A stretch of 64,000 bases of DNA, taken from positions 1-64,000 of the IMG/VR virus record IMGVR_UViG_3300028591_000020; one strand, 5' to 3'. Below the pieces are notes generated by a model. That model searched no databases, was not told the DNA's origin, and was given only the letters and a program-made list of their open reading frames with translations. The DNA is from a virus (lineage: Duplodnaviria; Caudoviricetes). The position numbers and the translations under genes are program-made. This document shows positions 57,975 to 64,000 of the stretch, piece by piece (positions within the stretch are counted from its first letter, which is position 1; every line of letters starts with the position of its first letter).

Positions 57975-58949
57975 ATGAAAGAATTAAGAGGTCTCAGTTT
58001 AGACCAAAACAAGAAGTTCAAGTTCGCTATAGAATGCGGATATTTGGACGATTGGGAAACTGACCCACGAAAATGGAAACATACTTTCGTAGGTGCTTTC
58101 CTATGGAAATATCCCTCAAGGGTTAAAATCCTGAATATCCTCAAGGATATTATAGGCAACATACCTACGTGGGGTGACTTGAATGACGAGACATTACGCG
58201 ACCTCGTAGATGAACTGATAGAGCAGGGCCTTGCCACGTCATCCATCAGAACGATGTGTGCAGAGCTGAAAGTGGTACTCAATGAGAATGTGAAAAAAGT
58301 ACCATGCGACAGCTTCCAGAAGATATTGTCTGTGAAGGGGTCGGCAACAAAGCCAGTCTATCTGACGAGTAGCGAAATGGAACTCCTTCTTGCTTTCAAG
58401 CCTCGTACAGAGACGGAACACTACGTGCATCGTAACTTCTGCGTCTCTATGCTCACGGGCGCAAGGCTTGTAGATACATTGAAGCTAACCATCAGTAATT
58501 GTGACATTGAAACAAATATGCTGTCATACATTCCTCAGAAGACTCCTGGCATTGTCGTACACGTTCCCGTTGATGAACGGCACCACCTGCGAACGTTCCT
58601 TGCAGATATACCAAAGAACGACAGGTGCCTTGATACGTACAACGAGGTCATACGACGCATCTGTGAGCTTGTTGGCATTGACACGGTATGTAATGCCGTC
58701 AAGGCAGGAAAGGACGTGACAGCACCAAAGTATCAGCTTGTCAGCTCTCATACAGCACGTCGCTCCTTTGCGACGAATCTATATTTGGCTGGTGTGTCGC
58801 TCGAAGACATATCCATGATGATGGGCCACGGCAAGAATATCGAGACAACAAAACGGTATATCTGTGCAGAGCGTGCGCTGAATCCAAACGTCATGTCATA
58901 CTTCCAGCAGCCAGTCACCACTCCCTCTGAACTATCAGAGGTTGGTTAG
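57975..58949 (+). CDS. second tyrosine recombinase
   Basis: TGAR, QKT, HTARR, MGH, KRYI: complete R-K-H-R-H-Y set. Confidence 0.9.
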   Translation: MKELRGLSLDQNKKFKFAIECGYLDDWETDPRKWKHTFVGAFLWKYPSRVKILNILKDIIGNIPTWGDLNDETLRDLVDELIEQGLATSSIRTMCAELKVVLNENVKKVPCDSFQKILSVKGSATKPVYLTSSEMELLLAFKPRTETEHYVHRNFCVSMLTGARLVDTLKLTISNCDIETNMLSYIPQKTPGIVVHVPVDERHHLRTFLADIPKNDRCLDTYNEVIRRICELVGIDTVCNAVKAGKDVTAPKYQLVSSHTARRSFATNLYLAGVSLEDISMMMGHGKNIETTKRYICAERALNPNVMSYFQQPVTTPSELSEVG

Positions 58950-58951
58950 TC

Positions 58952-60184
58952 TCAAGGCAGGGTTTTCCCTGCCACAAAATCAACCACTCTTCTCACAGCA
59001 TTGTCTATCTTACGCTGGTCATGGGCGATATAACGTGCCGTAACGCGCTTACTCCAAGAATGCCCGAGACACTGGCCGATAGTCTGCTCACTGATGTCAA
59101 GGTCGTTTGCAGCTATTGATCCGAACGAGTAGCGTGCTGAATAGAGTGTGATGTCAGGACAGAGTGGTGCATACTCCATCTTTCGGAGCTTACCTACTTT
59201 GTCCTTTACCTTCCAGCTTGGACCAACCTTCTGCAGAGCTTCGTTGGCTTGCTTGGCGAACGAGTGATAGTCGCTCCTGCAGTCCATAAAACTAACGAGC
59301 CAGCCCTCTCTCGAAGGATAGCGGTCAATAATCTCCTGCGCCTCTGGCAGTACTGGCAGGGTGATGACACGAATCTTCGTCACACCTTCCTTATTCGTTT
59401 TCTTTCTGATAAACGAGATGTGGCCATCCTTGATGCTGTCTGCTTTGAGCGATAGCAGGTCAACGGGATTGATGCCTGCAAGGTAGAACGATAGGAAGAA
59501 GAAGTCAACGTATGGCCGTTGCCACGGCTCACAAGGATAATCTCTGAGTCGTCTCAGTTCCTCGACGGAAAGATTGTTGGGAACTGTCTCTTCCTCTCTG
59601 ATGTGATAGTCCAGGAAAGGATAGTTTGTGGTCATTCCCTTGCGTCTGGCCCAATTGAACACAGCACGGATATTCCTCAGTTCCTTTGCCACGCCATTTA
59701 TCTTCATGCCATGCTTGATGCAGTGGTCATAGAACGAGTCCATCCAGTCTTTTTCGATTGAAAAATCAGCGTTTCGATCGAACGATTCCACCTTCCTCGC
59801 TGTTATCCTATACAAAACAGCCGTTTGTTCCCTTTTTGTGGCGGCGAACGATTGGATAGCATCTGACAGGGCGAACGGCTTGGCTTTCTTCTGAATGCCG
59901 AAAACCTCATTCAAAATACGCTCCTTGAGTTCTTTGTTGCTCAGCCCTGCAATATCCCGTTCGAGACATAGCGAGGTTACAGAGGCGAAATATTTGCCCA
60001 ATAGGATAGTCTTACGCTTCCAATCTCTATCAGACTTTGGAAACGACATCTCAACCAGCTTATCACATGTAGTGATGCCAGTGTTCACGAAAAATCTGCC
60101 CTGCTTCGTACTGACGATGAAGTACACAGGGAAAGAGCCGTCTTTGTTCGCTCTTGTTGTGTTTACATAAGGATAAATCTTCAT
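58952..60184 (-). CDS. int: phage integrase (Bacteroidetes tyrosine recombinase with arm-binding N-terminus)
   Basis: N-terminal GSFPVYF arm-type domain; GINPVDL, RKKT, YSARYSF, LGHSW, TARYI; next to att core. Confidence 0.9.
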   Translation of the reverse strand: MKIYPYVNTTRANKDGSFPVYFIVSTKQGRFFVNTGITTCDKLVEMSFPKSDRDWKRKTILLGKYFASVTSLCLERDIAGLSNKELKERILNEVFGIQKKAKPFALSDAIQSFAATKREQTAVLYRITARKVESFDRNADFSIEKDWMDSFYDHCIKHGMKINGVAKELRNIRAVFNWARRKGMTTNYPFLDYHIREEETVPNNLSVEELRRLRDYPCEPWQRPYVDFFFLSFYLAGINPVDLLSLKADSIKDGHISFIRKKTNKEGVTKIRVITLPVLPEAQEIIDRYPSREGWLVSFMDCRSDYHSFAKQANEALQKVGPSWKVKDKVGKLRKMEYAPLCPDITLYSARYSFGSIAANDLDISEQTIGQCLGHSWSKRVTARYIAHDQRKIDNAVRRVVDFVAGKTLP

Positions 60185-60203
60185 ATTCTGAGTATTAACT
60201 GGT

Positions 60204-60224
60204 TTGCTACACTATTTGCTGCAC
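60204..60224 (+). repeat. integrase arm-type site (left)
   Basis: TTGCTACACTATTTGCTGCAC, 20/21 identical to 60435-60455. Confidence 0.75.
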
Positions 60225-60333
60225 CAAATTAACCCTCAAAAGCCTGCAAAAGCCGCGATTTCTCTTAATCGCATGGGGATTTTCCCCAACTCAGAATAAT
60301 ATTGTAAAACCCTAACTTGCTGATTATCAGCAT

Positions 60334-60377
60334 TGAGCGGAATACGGGACTCGAACCCGCGACCCTCGGCTTGGGAA
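60334..60377 (-). other. attP core = 3' half of tRNA-Gly(CCC)
   Basis: minus strand TTCCCAAGCCGAGGGTCGCGGGTTCGAGTCCCGTATTCCGCTCA: anticodon loop to acceptor end; 5' half absent. Confidence 0.85.
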
Positions 60378-60434
60378 AATTCTGAGCCAACTTGCAGAAC
60401 CTTTATTTATGGGGCTTCTGAGAATCGGTACAGA

Positions 60435-60455
60435 TTGCTACACTATTTGCTACAC
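60435..60455 (+). repeat. integrase arm-type site (right)
   Basis: TTGCTACACTATTTGCTACAC tandem. Confidence 0.75.
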
Positions 60456-60459
60456 TAAA

Positions 60460-60855
60460 TCACGTCTTTTTTATTATCCATACGATGATGATAACTACCA
60501 ACCATATCGGTGGAACCAGCAGAATAACGGCCCAACCGAATATAAAGAGTAAGGCAGCACCGATTAATGAGCCTACCACTATCAGAATATTAGTGATAAG
60601 TTCCTTGCGCCTGGCTGTCTGAACAGGATTCTTGAGCTTTTTGCTCTTCAAATCCTCAATCATTCCGTTGATCGCCTCTTCACGCTTGTCATTGAGACTG
60701 CGCCCGTCCTTTTGTTTGCGGAGCATACTATATCGAGCTTGGAAAGTGTGAAAGGCGAATGAGCCATCTGCACCAAACAGGTTATTGACTTCATCCAACG
60801 AAGCCTTCCTGTTGGTACGTATGTACTCCAGAGCTGAGATACATTTATTCTCCAT
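60460..60855 (-). CDS. membrane protein downstream of repressor (lysogeny-expressed candidate)
   Basis: two C-terminal TM helices; 3 bp from the repressor stop. Confidence 0.7.
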   Translation of the reverse strand: MENKCISALEYIRTNRKASLDEVNNLFGADGSFAFHTFQARYSMLRKQKDGRSLNDKREEAINGMIEDLKSKKLKNPVQTARRKELITNILIVVGSLIGAALLFIFGWAVILLVPPIWLVVIIIVWIIKKT

Positions 60856-60858
60856 AGC

Positions 60859-61188
60859 CTACCTGATTAGTGATACCAATTTATTCATAACATCTTCACG
60901 CTGTTGATAGTTGGCTACGAGCTGTTTACATAGCTCTATCAACTCCGTGTTGGTGGCTACATCTACATTCCGTCGGTCTTTAGAGAGCATTGGGCCCTCA
61001 CCATGTGTCAATAACCATTCCGCAGATACTCCTTCACACTTGGAGAAAAGAAGTTCTACGTCAAATGTGTCACGTTTCAGCCATGCGCTGATGTTCTGAG
61101 CAGGAACGCCAATCATGTTGGCGAACTGAGCCTGATTGCCGTTTGTGTAGTGCAATATCAGACATTTGAGCATTTCACTTTTCTTCAT
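60859..61188 (-). CDS. CI-like HTH repressor (no peptidase domain)
   Basis: NQAQFANMIGVPAQNISAW HTH; SAEWLLTHGEGPM; divergent from Cro-like gene. Confidence 0.85.
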   Translation of the reverse strand: MKKSEMLKCLILHYTNGNQAQFANMIGVPAQNISAWLKRDTFDVELLFSKCEGVSAEWLLTHGEGPMLSKDRRNVDVATNTELIELCKQLVANYQQREDVMNKLVSLIR

Positions 61189-61209
61189 AACGACCTCATT
61201 GTGTTAAGA

Positions 61210-61263
61210 ATCTACAAAATGTGTATAATATCTACAAAATTTTTATGTTCATATCTACGAAAT
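61210..61263 (+). promoter_or_regulatory. candidate operators in genetic switch
   Basis: three ATCTAC(A/G)AAAT copies; -7 boxes TATCTTTG (61267-61274 +) and TAAATTTG (61338-61331 -). Confidence 0.55.
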
Positions 61264-61359
61264 GTTTATCTTTGTACCGTGAAACCTTAAAAACGAGTTT
61301 ACAACTTGTTTACATTTTGGTTCCAGACTGCAAATTTAAAAATAAATTTTTAAATAACA

Positions 61360-61551
61360 ATGGCAAGAAAGAAAAAAATTATTCAAGTACCCTCGGGAAA
61401 CGTCGAAAAACTCATGAAAGTGATGCGTTGCTCCCGTTCAGCAGTGTTTAATGCACTCGCTTACCGCTCTGATTCCGAATCTGCCAAAGCTATTCGCTCA
61501 CAGGCTTTGTCTGCCTATGGGGGTATAGAAACATTTAAGTACGTTCTCTAA
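61360..61551 (+). CDS. Cro-like small DNA-binding protein
   Basis: KLMKVMRCSRSAVFNALAY HTH pattern. Confidence 0.75.
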   Translation: MARKKKIIQVPSGNVEKLMKVMRCSRSAVFNALAYRSDSESAKAIRSQALSAYGGIETFKYVL

Positions 61552-61563
61552 CCAACCGCAACC

Positions 61564-62403
61564 ATGCAAGAAGGATTGATTGATTTTGGCGACAGCCACC
61601 CTGCACAAACTCCTATTAGTAGAGTTTTTGCCTATAACGGCACTAACGTAACCTTTGCAAAGAAAGGTGGCACCGTCATGATCAATGCCACCCAAATGGC
61701 AAAGCCTTTTGGAAAGAGACCTGTAGATTGGCTACAGAACTCCCAAACCTCTGATTATCTCAGCGAATTATCCAAAGTGAGAAAAAGCACTTTGGCCGAT
61801 TTGGTGAGAGTTACGAAGGGCGGTAACAATCCTGGCACATGGATGCATGAAGACGTAGCCATTGAGTTTGCCCGTTGGCTCAGCCCAGCATTCGCTATCT
61901 GGTGCAATGACCGCATCAAGGAGCTAATGAAGTATGGCATTACCGCCACTGAGACCACGATTGATAGTATTATCGCAGACCCCGACAATGGTATTCGTCT
62001 GCTGACAGCTCTTAAGCAGGAGCGTGAGCAACGTCAGTTGGCAGAATCAAGAGCTGCCATGCTCGAAGAAGTAACCAAGGAGCAGGCACCAAAGGTAGCA
62101 TTCGCAGATGCAGTACTTAGCAGCCCGGACTCCATCCTTATCGGTGAACTGGCCAAGATTCTGTGTCAGCGAGGCTATCAGACTGGAGAAATTCGTCTCT
62201 ACGAGCAGTTGCGCAATGAAGGTTATCTTTGCTCAGCTGGCTCCGACAGAAACCTACCCATGCAGCGTTATCTCGAAATGGGCCTGTTTGAAGTTACCAA
62301 AGGAACACGTTCCGGCAACGGTGGCGTTATGCACGTCACACGTACTACTAAGGTAACACCAAAGGGCTGTCAGTATTTCATTGATAAATTCCTTGCACAA
62401 TGA
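61564..62403 (+). CDS. antirepressor (KilA-N plus ANT/KilAC C-terminal domain)
   Basis: MINATQMAKPFGKRPVDWL...GTWMHEDVAIEFARWLSP; PKVAFADAV...ILIGELAKIL...TKVTPKGCQYF. Confidence 0.9.
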   Translation: MQEGLIDFGDSHPAQTPISRVFAYNGTNVTFAKKGGTVMINATQMAKPFGKRPVDWLQNSQTSDYLSELSKVRKSTLADLVRVTKGGNNPGTWMHEDVAIEFARWLSPAFAIWCNDRIKELMKYGITATETTIDSIIADPDNGIRLLTALKQEREQRQLAESRAAMLEEVTKEQAPKVAFADAVLSSPDSILIGELAKILCQRGYQTGEIRLYEQLRNEGYLCSAGSDRNLPMQRYLEMGLFEVTKGTRSGNGGVMHVTRTTKVTPKGCQYFIDKFLAQ

Positions 62404-62510
62404 ATAAGCCCAGCCAACATGACATAATCATGATGTTCCTGCTTGCTTTCCTTGCATTCGGAATAGTATTCACCCTCATTTTCATGGTAGAATTGGTATG
62501 GGCGAAATGA
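62400..62510 (+). CDS. small membrane peptide (36 aa)
   Basis: read by hand; ATGA overlaps at both ends; single TM helix. Confidence 0.6.
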   Translation: MNKPSQHDIIMMFLLAFLAFGIVFTLIFMVELVWAK

Positions 62511-62734
62511 AAGTAGCAAAAATCGACACCCGTAAGCTCTGGCTCTCCAACAAGGAAGCTGCCAAGTATCTCGGTGTTAGTAAGGACTGGCTCAAAGACC
62601 GTCGTGAGAACGGAACGCTGCATTACTCAGTGGTTGGCAACACCATCTTCTACATCAAGAAGGAGATTGACCGACTGATAGCTGATAATGCAATATCTGG
62701 AAAATCCATATTTAACGACATAAGCAACTTATAA
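62507..62734 (+). CDS. excisionase-like HTH protein
   Basis: WLSNKEAAKYLGVSKDWLKDRR...FYIKKEID. Confidence 0.8.
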   Translation: MKVAKIDTRKLWLSNKEAAKYLGVSKDWLKDRRENGTLHYSVVGNTIFYIKKEIDRLIADNAISGKSIFNDISNL

Positions 62735-62849
62735 ATCCTCAGAGGTCCTACAATGTCGTGAGACACTACCTCAACTCAGAATTAACAAAGTAAATAAATT
62801 CATAGGCTGACCTTGGCCGCTGTGAAGTTCCCAAGGTTTTCAACAAAAC

Positions 62850-62929
62850 GGAAGAGTAGCTCAGCTGGTTAGAGCGCACGGTACGGCCATGTACTGTGAA
62901 GGTCGCAGGTCCGAATCCTGTCTCTTCCC
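62850..62929 (+). ncRNA. tRNA-like RNA 1 (no canonical anticodon loop)
   Basis: acceptor GGAAGAG/CTCTTCC, D-stem GCTC/GAGC, 8-bp anticodon-position stem with 6-nt loop, T-loop TCCGAAT. Confidence 0.8.
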
Positions 62930-63221
62930 AAAGCCATTTATCAGCAGTGCCGATGATGTCTGTGTGGCGAACAGAAGGAGGCCGGGGAATTGCTACGTGG
63001 CTAACAGTCGCACGGCTATTGAGGATTTATCCTCGCGATGATGACGGCCACGTTTGTTCTTTGACTTATTGATACACAAAGTACACCGCAATAAAAGAAG
63101 TTTGATGAAATGATTCATCGAGTTATAAACCAAATATATGCCCCTGAAAGGACAGGGGAGAGGTGAAAGTCCTCACAGAACAGATAACAAACCCACATTG
63201 CCCTCAGTCGTGAGGGCAACA

Positions 63222-63331
63222 CTCCACTTAGCTCAGTCTGGCAGAGCGTCGGCAAACCCTATTGAAGAAAGTAAAGTGCCATAAAAAATTAATATAGCCG
63301 AAGGTCGCAGGTCCGAATCCTGCAGTGGGGA
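63222..63331 (+). ncRNA. tRNA-like RNA 2 (43-nt loop in place of anticodon loop)
   Basis: acceptor CTCCACT/AGTGGGG, D-stem GCTC/GAGC, stem TCGGC/GCCGA, T-arm GCAGG-TCCGAAT-CCTGC. Confidence 0.8.
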
Positions 63332-63333
63332 CT

Positions 63334-63510
63334 ATGGAAATATACATAAGCAAAACCAATTATAAGCTCCTTTGCGAGCTCGTTGATAAGGCGGTGGCCA
63401 TCATTCAGCAGGGAAATTCTTCATGTCGCGAGTACAATATTGCCCGTCGGCTCAGATTGACTAAAAATGCCATCGTCAGGCAGGTCGAGAAAGGTAATAA
63501 AACAAAATGA
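63334..63510 (+). CDS. small hypothetical protein
   Basis: ATG 2 nt after the discriminator position of tRNA-like RNA 2. Confidence 0.65.
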   Translation: MEIYISKTNYKLLCELVDKAVAIIQQGNSSCREYNIARRLRLTKNAIVRQVEKGNKTK

Positions 63511-63511
63511 T

Positions 63512-64000
63512 ATGTATAAAGAATTTCGCATTCAAGGTGGCGTGACTGAAACGGTCAACGCAGAAGGCGGTATAGTTCATCTATACGGCGGAGTAGTGGA
63601 GCATCTTAACCTTCAAGGTGGTAGCTTCATACAGCATGGCGGTATTGTAGAGCGAAAAATTCAAATTGACAGCTCTGGTACGAAACCTGAACCACAGGTG
63701 ATTTATAAAGACCGTATTCAATATCGCGATAGGGTGGTCTACAAAGACCGCATCGTTTACAGAGATTCTATGCAAGTAACTGCCTTACAGCAGAAGATTC
63801 AGAAACTCGAAGAGGAACTTGGAAAGAAGAAAGCCGAGGAAACCCCGAACGATGACGTGCTTATAAGACGCATCGAACATCTGGAGTCTATTCTCAAACT
63901 GGAACGTGAACAACACGATCGAGAAATTGGTGACTTGAAAGAGAATCTGAAAGGTGTCAAGGAAGCATATTTTCAACTCCTTCACCAGCAGAATAATGTT
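63512..64000 (+). CDS. hypothetical protein, runs off window
   Basis: read by hand: MYKEFRIQGG...YKDRIQYRDRVVYKDRIVYRD then coiled coil; no stop before 64000. Confidence 0.75.
   Translation, partial: MYKEFRIQGGVTETVNAEGGIVHLYGGVVEHLNLQGGSFIQHGGIVERKIQIDSSGTKPEPQVIYKDRIQYRDRVVYKDRIVYRDSMQVTALQQKIQKLEEELGKKKAEETPNDDVLIRRIEHLESILKLEREQHDREIGDLKENLKGVKEAYFQLLHQQNNV

Noticed and set aside
48092-58975. Junction hairpins as intrinsic terminators or classical integron attC sites
   Set aside because: No U-tract on either strand; no GTTRRRY/RYYYAAC boxes, and the conserved motif lies outside the stem.
60334-60377. Functional tRNA-Gly gene
   Set aside because: Only the 3' half is present; better explained as an att core.
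1-64000. Stop-codon reassignment (as in some gut phages)
   Set aside because: Long genes are intact under the standard code, and TAG, TAA and TGA all end well-packed ORFs.

Overview
This window looks like most of a temperate Bacteroidales (Prevotella-like) siphovirus in its excised attP configuration. The attP core is the 3' half of a tRNA-Gly(CCC) at 60334-60377, between the integrase and a CI-like repressor, with phage genes on both sides. Modules: (i) early/middle + strand genes at 62-64 kb, with similar + strand genes at 0-3.3 kb, including two anticodon-less tRNA-shaped RNAs; (ii) a minus-strand late operon from scaffold and capsid through tape measure and tail genes to a complete diversity-generating retroelement (target/VR, MutS-like accessory gene, TR, RT) and a lysis cassette; (iii) divergent terminase-portal-putative TerS; (iv) a RuvC/SF3 helicase module; (v) a 45.6-59 kb + strand module resembling a conjugative leading region (ArdC, RadC, PRTase, many small ORFs) that ends in a second tyrosine recombinase. 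Main unexpected observations: about 19 copies of an NAGYCT-hairpin-leader element marking gene junctions like a cassette array; a second, remote DGR variable region at the very start of the window with a covarying downstream double hairpin; the second recombinase with a 2x4 array of 12-bp-period repeats; tRNA-like RNAs with replaced anticodon arms; an initiator-type tRNA with an altered anticodon arm; and a strand-biased ACGA cluster. All protein family calls come from motif recognition by eye, not database searches.
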